Notes under the pieces: model-generated
What the model saw: the letters and a program-made list of their open reading frames with translations, nothing else
Database searches by the model: none
What the model was told of the DNA's origin: nothing
Assembly (NCBI GenBank): GCA_002309345.1
Contig: DBWZ01000094.1
Span: forward strand, 13,950-77,949
Origin: Pseudobutyrivibrio sp. UBA1225
GTDB taxonomy: Bacteria; Bacillota; Clostridia; Lachnospirales; Lachnospiraceae
Direction of reading: 5' to 3'
Length of the DNA: 64,000 bases
Position numbers and translations under genes: made by a program
In this document: positions 48,125-57,353 of the stretch, one piece after another
Layout: every line of letters starts with the position of its first letter
How positions within the stretch are numbered: position 1 is the stretch's first letter

Positions 48125-49624
48125 ATGAAGACACAAGAGAATTACAAATTTTGGTTTTGTACAGGTTCACAGGATTTGTACGGTGACGAGTGCTTGGCTC
48201 ACGTTGCAGCACATTCAAGAGAGATAGTTGAGGCTCTTAACAAGTCAGGCCGTCTTCCTTTTGAGGTTGTGTGGAAGCCAACTATGATTACAAACGAGGT
48301 AATCAGACTTACATTTAACGAGGCTAACAACGATCCATTCTGTGCAGGCGTCATCACATGGATGCACACATTCTCACCTGCTAAGTCATGGATTCTTGGA
48401 CATCAAGAGCTTAGAAAGCCACTTTGTCATCTTCACACACAGTACAATCGTGAGATTCCATACGAGACAATGGACATGGATTTCATGAACGAAAACCAAG
48501 CTGCTCACGGTGATAGAGAGTACGCGCACATCCTATCTAGAATGGGCATCGAGAGAAAGACAATAGTTGGTTATTGGCAGGATGCAGAGGTTCAGGACAA
48601 GCTTGCTTCTTGGATGCGCACAGCAATCGGAATTGTTGAGTCTAGTCACATCCGCGTTATGCGTGTTGCCGACAACATGAGAAATGTTGCTGTTACCGAA
48701 GGTGACAAGGTAGAGGCTCAGCTTAAGTTTGGTTGGGAGGTTGACGCTTATCCAGTTAACGAAATCGCAGAGGCAGTAGATGCTGTTTCTCAATCAGATG
48801 TAAACGTACTTGTTGACGAATACTATGACAAGTATGATATCTGCCTTGAGGGCAGAGACCCAGAGGAGTTCAAGAAGCACGTTGCTGTACAGGCACAGAT
48901 TGAGCTTGGTTTTGAGAGATTCCTTGAGGAGAAGAACTATCAGGCAATCGTTACTCACTTTGGTGACTTAGGTGCGCTCAAGCAGCTTCCAGGTCTTGCA
49001 ATTCAAAGACTTATGGAAAAGGGCTATGGCTTTGGCGCAGAGGGTGACTGGAAGGTTGCAGCTATGGTTCGATTGATGAAGATCATGACAACAGGTATGA
49101 AGGATGCTAAGGGTACTTCAATGCTTGAGGACTATACATACAATCTTGTAAAGGGCAAGGAAGGAATCATTCAGGCTCACATGCTTGAGATTTGTCCTAC
49201 AATCGCAGAGGGTCCAATTCAGATTAAGTGCCAGCCACTTTCAATGGGCAATCGCGAGGATCCAGCTCGTCTTGTATTCCAGTCAAAGACCGGTAAGGGT
49301 ATTGCAACATCACTTATAGACTTAGGAAATCGCTTTAGACTCATCATCCAAGATGTTGATTGTAAGAAGGTTGAGAAGCCTCTTCCAAAGCTTCCTACAG
49401 CTATCAACTTCTGGGAGCCACAGCCTGATTTCTATACAGGCACAGAGGCTTGGCTTCTTGCGGGTGGAGCTCATCATACAGCATTTACTTATGATCTTAC
49501 TGCAGAGCAGATGGGAGATTGGGCTGCTGCTATGGGTATCGAAGCAGTTTACATCGACAAAGACACCAGAATTCGCGACTTTAAGCGCGATCTTGCTATC
49601 GGAAATGTGGTTTTCGGTAAGTAA
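48125..49624 (+). CDS. araA: L-arabinose isomerase
   Basis: FCTGSQDLYG, WMHTFSPAK, LNQ-like ENQAAHGDRE, FGAEGDWK, MEDY-like LEDYTY, AHMLE, GGAHH. Confidence 0.95.
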   Translation: MKTQENYKFWFCTGSQDLYGDECLAHVAAHSREIVEALNKSGRLPFEVVWKPTMITNEVIRLTFNEANNDPFCAGVITWMHTFSPAKSWILGHQELRKPLCHLHTQYNREIPYETMDMDFMNENQAAHGDREYAHILSRMGIERKTIVGYWQDAEVQDKLASWMRTAIGIVESSHIRVMRVADNMRNVAVTEGDKVEAQLKFGWEVDAYPVNEIAEAVDAVSQSDVNVLVDEYYDKYDICLEGRDPEEFKKHVAVQAQIELGFERFLEEKNYQAIVTHFGDLGALKQLPGLAIQRLMEKGYGFGAEGDWKVAAMVRLMKIMTTGMKDAKGTSMLEDYTYNLVKGKEGIIQAHMLEICPTIAEGPIQIKCQPLSMGNREDPARLVFQSKTGKGIATSLIDLGNRFRLIIQDVDCKKVEKPLPKLPTAINFWEPQPDFYTGTEAWLLAGGAHHTAFTYDLTAEQMGDWAAAMGIEAVYIDKDTRIRDFKRDLAIGNVVFGK

Positions 49625-49735
49625 AACACACCGGCAGGGACACAATAAATCTGGTTTATGGTAAGTAAAACACATCGGCAGGTAACATAATAAATTTGAT
49701 TTATGGTAAATAAAATTACACTATCAGGTAATAAA
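49616..49735 (+). repeat. Degenerate 44-45 bp tandem repeat (about 2.7 copies) beginning in the araA stop region
   Basis: GGTAAGTAAAACAC.CCGGCAGG.. units at 49616, 49660, 49705. Confidence 0.75.
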
Positions 49736-49927
49736 AAGGATTGTGGCAAAAATTTATTAGCTATAAAATTTAAACTGTCTTGGGAAAGCGATTTTTCAAG
49801 ACAGTTTGATTAAAATTTTTGTGAGCATAGATTTCAAGTGCTGACAAAAATCATAAAGTTATATAAATGCTTTGATTTTGGGGAGTTTGCAAAACCAGAG
49901 CATGGTTAGAAAAGGAGATATTTAAAA

Positions 49928-50584
49928 ATGAAGTTATTTGTAGACACAGGAAAAATCGAGGACATTAAGAAGGCAAACGATCTAGGCGTGATTTGTGGTG
50001 TTACTACAAATCCATCCCTTATCGCAAAAGAGGGTGGACGCAGCCAAGAGGAAATCCTTAAGGAAATTGCTTCTATAGTTGATGGTCCTATCTCAGGAGA
50101 GGTTAAGGCTACAACAGTTGACGCAGAAGGCATGATTAAGGAAGGTCGTGAGATTGCAGCACTTCATCCTAACATGATTGTAAAGATTCCTATGACACTT
50201 GAAGGGCTCAAGGCTGTAAAGGTTCTTTCGGCAGAGGGCATCAAGACAAACGTAACTTTAATTTTTACAGCTAACCAGGCAATCCTTGCTGCAAATGCTG
50301 GTGCAACTTATGTTTCACCATTCCTTGGCAGACTTGATGATATCAACCAGCCAGGTATCGAACTCATCCGTGACATCGCAGATATCTTTGATATCTACGG
50401 ATACGAGACACAGATTATCGCAGCTTCAATCCGCAATCCAATGCATGTGCATGATTGTGCTCTCGCAGGCGCGGATATTGCAACTGTACCTTATTCTGTA
50501 ATTGAGAATATGACAAAGCATCCACTTACAGATGCAGGTATTGAAAAGTTCCAAAAAGACTACATAGCAGTCTTCGGAGAATAA
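49928..50584 (+). CDS. tal: Transaldolase (TalC/FSA-type)
   Basis: [37 protein letters not shown]. Confidence 0.85.
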   Translation: MKLFVDTGKIEDIKKANDLGVICGVTTNPSLIAKEGGRSQEEILKEIASIVDGPISGEVKATTVDAEGMIKEGREIAALHPNMIVKIPMTLEGLKAVKVLSAEGIKTNVTLIFTANQAILAANAGATYVSPFLGRLDDINQPGIELIRDIADIFDIYGYETQIIAASIRNPMHVHDCALAGADIATVPYSVIENMTKHPLTDAGIEKFQKDYIAVFGE

Positions 50585-50605
50585 AAACTAGCGGCTTTAC
50601 ATTAG

Positions 50606-50804
50606 GTTGAGGCTCGCTGGTTACAATCTCAAGCCTGAGATATTGTCTCCGGTGACTAAGAATGTCACCTGCGACAACACTCAGAGCTTGATATTTACCA
50701 GCTACTTGAACACTAAGTTGAGGCTCGCTGGTTACGACTACAAGCATTAGATTACTCTGCTCAGCAAAGAAAGCTTCGCTTGAGTAACCTAATAGCTTGA
50801 AGTC
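50606..50804. repeat. Mosaic of REP-like hairpins
   Basis: 19-bp direct repeat GTTGAGGCTCGCTGGTTAC (50606, 50717), each followed by a long nested hairpin (50628-50691, 50736-50804). Confidence 0.75.
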
Positions 50805-50865
50805 TACTAGCTATCTATACTTAAGCATAACAATGTATTTAGTTTTTAGAACGGGGGTCTAATTT

Positions 50866-52461
50866 ATGAATTTTAATGAAATTATTGCTGAAGGTAAGAC
50901 TACGGCGTTAGGTATCGAATTTGGTTCTACACGTATTAAGGCCGTGCTTGTAGACGAGGACAACAAGGTTCTTGCCCAGGGCGACCACGAGTGGGAGAAC
51001 CACTTAGACAATGGAATCTGGACATATCCTCTTGAAGAGGTATGGGCTGGCGTGCAGGATTGCTATGCCAAGCTAAAGGCAGATGTGTATGGTAAGTACG
51101 ATGTTAAACTTAAAAAGATTGGTGCAATCGGTTTTTCAGCTATGATGCACGGTTATCTTGCATTTGACAAGGATGACAATCTTTTAGTTCCATTTAGAAC
51201 ATGGAGAAATACAATCACAGGTGAGGCTGCAGCGGAGCTTTCTAAGGAGCTCAACTTTAACATGCCTCAGCGTTGGAGTATTTCTCACTACTATCAGTGC
51301 ATTTTAAATAATGAGCCACACGTTAAGAACGTAGCTTATTTCATGACACTTGCTTGCTATGTTCATTACAAGATGACAGGCAAAAAAGTGGCAGGTGTTG
51401 GCGAGGCATCTGGTATGTTCCCAATCGATTCAAAGACATGTCAGTATGACAAGGCAATGCTTGAAAAGTTCAACAAGCTTGCTGCTAATCATGGCATCAC
51501 TACAAAGGTTGAAGATTTGATGCCTCAGGTACTTGTGGCAGGTGACGACGCAGGAACGCTTACCGCCGATGGTGCAAAGCTTCTTGATCCAACAGGCGAA
51601 CTCGAGCCAGGATGTCCACTTGCTCCACCAGAGGGTGACGCAGGTACAGGTATGGTTGCAACAAATGCTGTATCAGTTGGAACAGGAAATGTATCAGCAG
51701 GTACATCAGTATTTTCTATGGTTGTTATGGACAAGCCACTTTCTAAGCCATACGAAGAAATCGACATGGTCACAACTCCAACAGGCGAGGCTGTTGCCAT
51801 GGTACACTGCAACAACTGTACTTCAGATTTAAATTCTTGGATTGGAATTTTCAAGGAATTTGCTGATGCATTCGGCATGGAAATTTCAATGAATGATATT
51901 TATGGAACACTTTATCGCAAGGCACTTACAGAGGATGCAAATTGCGGAGGAGTTCTTTCATACAACTTCTTTGGCGGTGAGCCAGTAGTTGGCGTCAACG
52001 AAGGCCGTCCTATGATTGTAAGACAGCCTGACGCAAAGTTTAGTCTTGCGAACTTTATGCGTTCAAATCTTTATGGCGCACTTGCTGTACTTAAAGTCGG
52101 TAACGATATTCTCTTAAAGCAGGAGCATGTAAAGGTTAAATCTATCACCGGTCACGGTGGATTCTTCAAGACAAAGGGTGTTGGACAGTCTGTTCTTGCA
52201 GCAGCATTAAATGCGCCAATCACTGTTATGTCTACAGCAGGTGAAGGAGGCGCTTGGGGTATGGCTGTACTTGCCAACTTCTGCATCCGCGGCGACAAGA
52301 GCATGAACATGCAGCAGTATCTTGATAACAAGGTTTTCGCAGATCAGGAGTCAACTACAATGGAGCCAGATCCAGATATGGTTAAGGGATACGACGAATA
52401 TATCGCCGAGTACAAAAAGGCTCTCAAGGCCGAGGCTGCCGCAGTAGAAGCGTGGAGATAA
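50866..52461 (+). CDS. FGGY-family kinase, L-ribulokinase (AraB/AraK type)
   Basis: GIEFGSTRIKAVL, SAMMHGY, EGDAGTGM, AGEGGAWG; position between araA and araD. Confidence 0.85.
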   Translation: MNFNEIIAEGKTTALGIEFGSTRIKAVLVDEDNKVLAQGDHEWENHLDNGIWTYPLEEVWAGVQDCYAKLKADVYGKYDVKLKKIGAIGFSAMMHGYLAFDKDDNLLVPFRTWRNTITGEAAAELSKELNFNMPQRWSISHYYQCILNNEPHVKNVAYFMTLACYVHYKMTGKKVAGVGEASGMFPIDSKTCQYDKAMLEKFNKLAANHGITTKVEDLMPQVLVAGDDAGTLTADGAKLLDPTGELEPGCPLAPPEGDAGTGMVATNAVSVGTGNVSAGTSVFSMVVMDKPLSKPYEEIDMVTTPTGEAVAMVHCNNCTSDLNSWIGIFKEFADAFGMEISMNDIYGTLYRKALTEDANCGGVLSYNFFGGEPVVGVNEGRPMIVRQPDAKFSLANFMRSNLYGALAVLKVGNDILLKQEHVKVKSITGHGGFFKTKGVGQSVLAAALNAPITVMSTAGEGGAWGMAVLANFCIRGDKSMNMQQYLDNKVFADQESTTMEPDPDMVKGYDEYIAEYKKALKAEAAAVEAWR

Positions 52462-52483
52462 TGAATTATCAACTTGTTACACT

Positions 52484-52546
52484 CTCAAGCCTGAGATATT
52501 GTCTCTAGTGACTGCAAATGTCACCTTCGACAACACTCAGGATTGA
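52484..52546. repeat. Second copy of the 64-bp REP-like hairpin at 50628-50691
   Basis: CTCAAGCCTGAGATATTGTCTC..GTGACT..ATGTCACCT.CGACAACACTCAG near-identical. Confidence 0.8.
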
Positions 52547-52578
52547 GAGCATATCGAGCGGATTTAGGAGAATGTAAT

Positions 52579-53274
52579 ATGTTAGAGAATTTAAAAAAAC
52601 AAGTATACGAAGCAAACATGGAGCTTCCTAAAAGAGGTTTAGTGACATACACTTGGGGAAATGTTTCAGGCATTGACCGTGAAAGCGGCATCTTCGCTAT
52701 CAAGCCATCAGGTGTTGAATACGAGGATTTAAAGCCAGAGGATATGGTGCTTGTCAATCTTGACGGTGAAGTTGTAGAGGGCAAGTATCGTCCAAGTTCT
52801 GATACAGCTACTCACTGTGAGCTTTATAAAAAGTACGACAACATTGGCGGTGTCGTTCATACTCATTCGACCTATGCAGTAGCATGGGCTCAGGCAGGCA
52901 GAGATATTCCTTTATATGGAACAACTCATGCAGATTATTTCTGCGGTACAATTCCATGCACAAGAAATCTCACACCAGAAGAAATTGATGCAGCCTACGA
53001 GGTAAACACTGGCAAGGTTATCATCGAAACCTTTGATGAGAGAGGCATTAACACAAAGTATGTGCCAGGCGTTATCTGCAAAAACCACGGTCCATTTACA
53101 TGGGGCAAGGATGCGGACCAAGCTGTTTACAATGCAGTAGTTCTTGAAGAGGTTGCGAAGATGGCACTCTTCACAGAGCAGGTTAATCCACAGGTTGAGC
53201 CAGCTCCAGATTGCATCCGCGACAAACATTTCAATCGTAAACACGGTGCAAATGCATACTACGGACAAAATTAA
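52579..53274 (+). CDS. araD: L-ribulose-5-phosphate 4-epimerase
   Basis: [38 protein letters not shown]. Confidence 0.95.
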   Translation: MLENLKKQVYEANMELPKRGLVTYTWGNVSGIDRESGIFAIKPSGVEYEDLKPEDMVLVNLDGEVVEGKYRPSSDTATHCELYKKYDNIGGVVHTHSTYAVAWAQAGRDIPLYGTTHADYFCGTIPCTRNLTPEEIDAAYEVNTGKVIIETFDERGINTKYVPGVICKNHGPFTWGKDADQAVYNAVVLEEVAKMALFTEQVNPQVEPAPDCIRDKHFNRKHGANAYYGQN

Positions 53275-53340
53275 TTCTACTTAATAGAGCGTTAGTTCTT
53301 TAGTAGTAGGTAGATTGCAAAATATTTAGAAATACTTTTT

Positions 53341-53380
53341 GGCGACTAATCTAGAAGATGATTTTAGATTAGTCGTTTTT
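53341..53380 (+). terminator. Terminator after araD
   Basis: GCGACTAATCTA..TAGATTAGTCGT followed by T run. Confidence 0.75.
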
Positions 53381-53399
53381 TGCACCTAGGTTTTTGGGG

Positions 53400-53483
53400 A
53401 AGTGCAAAAATAACACCTTGATATAAATAAAGTGCAATATTTGCACTTATATAATTTACAAAAGTGCAAACAGATTGTATAAT
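53400..53483 (+). promoter_or_regulatory. TA-operon promoter with AAGTGCAA operators
   Basis: Palindrome AAGTGCAA-TAT-TTGCACTT (53430-53448), half-sites at 53400 and 53462, TTTACA-N17-TG.TATAAT-like -10 at 53478. Confidence 0.7.
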
Positions 53484-53504
53484 ATGCATACGGAGGTGTC
53501 TAAT

Positions 53505-53981
53505 ATGAGTGAGTCTTTAAAAGAAATAAGAAAAAATATTGGGTATACTCAAAAACAAGCTGCCGAGTACCTAAATGTTTCACTTAGATCATATAAATCA
53601 TATGAGAATGATCCTAATAAAATTGGTTCTATAAAATATAGTTACATGATTGAGCAACTAGAAAAATTAGATTATATAGATGAAACACATGGTATTCTTT
53701 CTATTGAAAATATAAAAGATAGATGTAGTAATATATTTAAAGAATACAATATTGAATACTGTTATTTATTCGGGTCATATGCTAAAAGTAAAGCTAAAGA
53801 GGATAGTGATGTTGATTTGTTAATATCATCAACTGTTAAAGGTCTAAAATTCTATGGTTTGGTGGAAAAGATATCTACTTCACTTAAGAAAAAAATAGAC
53901 TTGTTAGATATAAATCAACTTGTTGATAATCCAAAATTATTAAACGAAATACTAAAGGATGGAATAAAAATATATGGATAA
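53505..53981 (+). CDS. XRE-HTH fused to a minimal nucleotidyltransferase (MntA-like antitoxin)
   Basis: IRKNIGYTQKQAAEYLNVSLRSYKSYE HTH; GSX10DXD motif GSYAKSKAKEDSDVD. Confidence 0.85.
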   Translation: MSESLKEIRKNIGYTQKQAAEYLNVSLRSYKSYENDPNKIGSIKYSYMIEQLEKLDYIDETHGILSIENIKDRCSNIFKEYNIEYCYLFGSYAKSKAKEDSDVDLLISSTVKGLKFYGLVEKISTSLKKKIDLLDINQLVDNPKLLNEILKDGIKIYG

Positions 53982-54306
53982 TGTAAAATATGATGGATAT
54001 TATCTTGAGAAGATGAAATCTGATTTATTGTTTATTGATAGAAATATGATGGGAATAACAAAGACAGAATTTGCTGAAAATGAAATTCTGCAGGATTCCA
54101 TGATGTTTCGATTAATTCAAATATCTGAGAATGCTAGAAAGCTTTCTGAAGAATTTAGAGCTAAACAAAGTAGTATTCCTTGGGGCGATATTTTTGGATT
54201 AAGAAATAAGATTGTTCATGATTATGGGAGAGTGGATTTGGAGATAGTATATGAAACTTTACTGTATGATATCCCTGATGTCTATGAATTATTAAAAGAT
54301 TTTTAA
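53974..54306 (+). CDS. HEPN (DUF86/HepT-like) RNase toxin
   Basis: RX4HXY motif RNKIVHDY; 8-bp overlap with the MNT gene. Confidence 0.85.
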   Translation: MDNVKYDGYYLEKMKSDLLFIDRNMMGITKTEFAENEILQDSMMFRLIQISENARKLSEEFRAKQSSIPWGDIFGLRNKIVHDYGRVDLEIVYETLLYDIPDVYELLKDF

Positions 54307-54346
54307 TACTATATATTTTGGCTTTTGATTGTATATGGAGGCAGTT

Positions 54347-55213
54347 ATGGATGAATCAATAATAGTAAAAAAAATGTCGCGCATAGGGATTCTTGGGAAT
54401 GTTGTGCTAGCGGGCTTCAAATTATTGGCTGGTATTTTTGGTCATTCTAGTGCCATGATATCTGATGCGGTTCATTCTCTGTCGGATGTTTTTGCAACCT
54501 TAATTGCTTATGTGGGGGTGCTGATGTCCAAGCAGCCCGAGGATGACGAGCATCCATATGGACACGAGCGACTTGAGTGCGTGGCCTCCCTTGCTCTTGG
54601 TATTATTCTTGCGGCTACAGGGCTTGGTATCGGTTATTCGGGGATTCACAAGATAATCGAGCCTAAGGAACTTGAGATTCCAACCTTGCTTCCTCTAGTT
54701 GCCGCAGTTGTGTCAATTGTTGTGAAGGAAGGAATGTTTTGGTACACAATGCACTATGCCAAGATATTGAATTCGTCTGCCTTCAAGGCTGATGCGTGGC
54801 ATCATCGTTCCGATGCTATTTCTTCGGTTGGCTCCTTCATCGGTATTGGCTTGGCAAAGATGGGATTCCCAATCATGGATCCAATTGCAAGTTTGCTGAT
54901 TTGCATATGCATCATAAAGGTTGCTTATGACATTTCAAAAGATGCCTTTGTGAAGATGTTAGATACATCCTGCGGTCAAGAGTTTGAGCAAGATATAAGA
55001 AGCTTCATCGAAGCTCAGCCGGGTGTGGAGCGAATCGATCTGTTGCACACTAGGCAGTTCGGAAACAAGAATTACGTTGAACTTGAAATCGCAGTAAAGG
55101 GTGATATTTCGCTTATAGATGCCCACAATATTGCTGAAGATGTTCATGACGGCCTGGAGACAAATTATCCAAATATCAAGCATGTGATGGTGCATGTTAA
55201 TCCACTTGAGTAA
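54347..55213 (+). CDS. Cation diffusion facilitator transporter (FieF-like)
   Basis: SDAVHSLSD, HPYGHERLE, DAWHHRSD, C-terminal VHVNP. Confidence 0.92.
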   Translation: MDESIIVKKMSRIGILGNVVLAGFKLLAGIFGHSSAMISDAVHSLSDVFATLIAYVGVLMSKQPEDDEHPYGHERLECVASLALGIILAATGLGIGYSGIHKIIEPKELEIPTLLPLVAAVVSIVVKEGMFWYTMHYAKILNSSAFKADAWHHRSDAISSVGSFIGIGLAKMGFPIMDPIASLLICICIIKVAYDISKDAFVKMLDTSCGQEFEQDIRSFIEAQPGVERIDLLHTRQFGNKNYVELEIAVKGDISLIDAHNIAEDVHDGLETNYPNIKHVMVHVNPLE

Positions 55214-57047
55214 GAGTCTTTTTCCCACAGAACTCTTCGTAGGATAACTCAATTTCGATAAATCCAGAAGCCCATGGTCCAACAGAATATGGAGCAAATT
55301 TATAAATTATTTTATCTTCCTTAAAGAAGATAGGTGCCTCTGATATACTATAATATCCAACACTTTCCAAAGCGTTATATTTTGCCCCTTGTGCATCTTC
55401 AGCAAAATATTTATTCGGGTTTCTATTGAAATCTTCTTCGACTTTTTTAGCTATAAGTTCGTCCAAGTCATCTCTAGTTCCTGGATAGAAGTTTGTGGGA
55501 TTAAGCTCTTCACCTGTGTTCAGGTCGAATATTAATTGTTTATCATTTACCATTCCATGAGCAGCACCAGATCCATATTCGTAAAAACTGCAATCTATAA
55601 ACAAGAATTGATTATTTAATATCAACACATCCTCAACACTTGAATCATATGAATTACAAAATATTTTTTTATCCTTAATTTCTTCATGATGTTCACACTC
55701 ATCTTTGCTTGTAGGCATGAAATCCAAAGTGCAAGCTAAATGCTCATTTATTTTTTCATTAATAGAAGCGGCATGTTTTGAGTATTTGTCATCTAGTTGG
55801 AAAGCAGTTGAGCTCGTAGTACCTACAATGGTACCACAATATGGGCAAACAGATTCTTTATAATTGTAAACAAGTTTTCCATAAGTGAGAGCATAGACTT
55901 TTTCTGCGGGACAGTCAATATCGATTGCTTGATATACTCCATCGTTGTTATCTATTCTTATCCATCTATATTCATCATCAATTATATGTTTGCAAAAAAT
56001 AGTATTCTCATGCATTTCAAATGTGTAGTAGCCGTGTTCGAGGGTTGAAGTATAGATTTCGCAATCAGATTTTGTAGTCAAATCTAGTTCATGTATGGAA
56101 AGGAATGTCGGGTGATTATCTGTATGCTTTTCTACAGCATAATATATTTTATTGTTTGCATATATATTTGCATATTCATCAATATTATCAGTTATCGTTA
56201 ATACAGAAGTTTTTTTGCCATCGTCAAAGTTGACAGAATAAATATTACTGTAATCATAATAAACCATGCAATCTTTGTTATATGCGTAAACTATCCCCTC
56301 TATTTCTGTAACGTTTTCCTTTTTTCCATCAGGGAAAATTTTTATAATATCATTTTTATTTTCAGCTAAAACGAATCCCACATCATCAAATATTCTAGCT
56401 AAAGAACCATATCCATTGTACGCATCTAAATTAACTATAAATTTGTAATCTTTTGCACTAGATATTACTTTATCAAATTTAGATTGGGCAGGGGTATAAG
56501 TAAAATCATCATTTATCGTAAATACGTATTCTTTGAATGGGGTATTCTCATCATAAGACGATACTCCTATATATATTTTGCCATTGTAGATATCGAAATA
56601 TCCGTGACTATATAAATCTCTTGTATCTTTATCAAGAGTTGCTAACTTTTGAGATTTTCCGGAATTCAAGTCTATGGCGTAGATACTATCAAAAGAATCA
56701 TAGTAATTAACATATAGTATTCCATCATATATTTTCAATTCATAAATTTCTTCAGGGTCCATACCATTTTCTTCATAAATTTTGTTAATATCGCTAACTG
56801 AGAATTCGCCTAATTTTTCACCATTTTTATCTACGACAAAGCGAACATTTTTCCCGTGTAATATATATCCTTCACCTTTAATAGGTTTACCTGTATAAAT
56901 GGATTCAGCTTTAGTGGTTGCGGTAGTAGATGTAGTTGTGTCTTTTTGTGTGGGATGTTTAGATTTATTATTTTTGGTGCCGCAAGCAATAAGAGATATA
57001 GACATCGACAAAAGCAATGTTATAAATACAATTCTTCTTTTATTCAT
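55197..57047 (-). CDS. AT-rich lipoprotein, beta-rich N-terminal part, DUF3298/RsiV-like C-terminus
   Basis: Lipobox LIAC, Thr-rich linker, YGSGAAHG..FDLNTGE..FAPYSVGPWASGF pattern. Confidence 0.7.
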   Translation of the reverse strand: MNKRRIVFITLLLSMSISLIACGTKNNKSKHPTQKDTTTSTTATTKAESIYTGKPIKGEGYILHGKNVRFVVDKNGEKLGEFSVSDINKIYEENGMDPEEIYELKIYDGILYVNYYDSFDSIYAIDLNSGKSQKLATLDKDTRDLYSHGYFDIYNGKIYIGVSSYDENTPFKEYVFTINDDFTYTPAQSKFDKVISSAKDYKFIVNLDAYNGYGSLARIFDDVGFVLAENKNDIIKIFPDGKKENVTEIEGIVYAYNKDCMVYYDYSNIYSVNFDDGKKTSVLTITDNIDEYANIYANNKIYYAVEKHTDNHPTFLSIHELDLTTKSDCEIYTSTLEHGYYTFEMHENTIFCKHIIDDEYRWIRIDNNDGVYQAIDIDCPAEKVYALTYGKLVYNYKESVCPYCGTIVGTTSSTAFQLDDKYSKHAASINEKINEHLACTLDFMPTSKDECEHHEEIKDKKIFCNSYDSSVEDVLILNNQFLFIDCSFYEYGSGAAHGMVNDKQLIFDLNTGEELNPTNFYPGTRDDLDELIAKKVEEDFNRNPNKYFAEDAQGAKYNALESVGYYSISEAPIFFKEDKIIYKFAPYSVGPWASGFIEIELSYEEFCGKKTLTQVD

Positions 57048-57353
57048 AATTATCCTTCCTCAAATAAACGAGTGACTTCTATAAATACGTTAAATAGCTA
57101 GAACTCACGCAATCAAAAATGATGCCGTTGCTTCTGTTGCAGAAACAATAAACTATTCGATGGTAACAGTTATATGAGTAATTATCAACACTATCCATGT
57201 AATTCGAGGTAAAATTATTTTGGCATTTTTATTACCAACCTAGTTGATATCATCCCATGCACTGGTATATATTAATAGTGCGAATACAAGCTATTGCTAC
57301 TATAAGATGGCAAAAAAATAACACGTAGTACAAAAACTAGTTGTGAGCAGGGG

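Noticed and set aside
49616-49735. Mini-CRISPR
   Set aside because: The units are contiguous tandem copies with no unique spacers.
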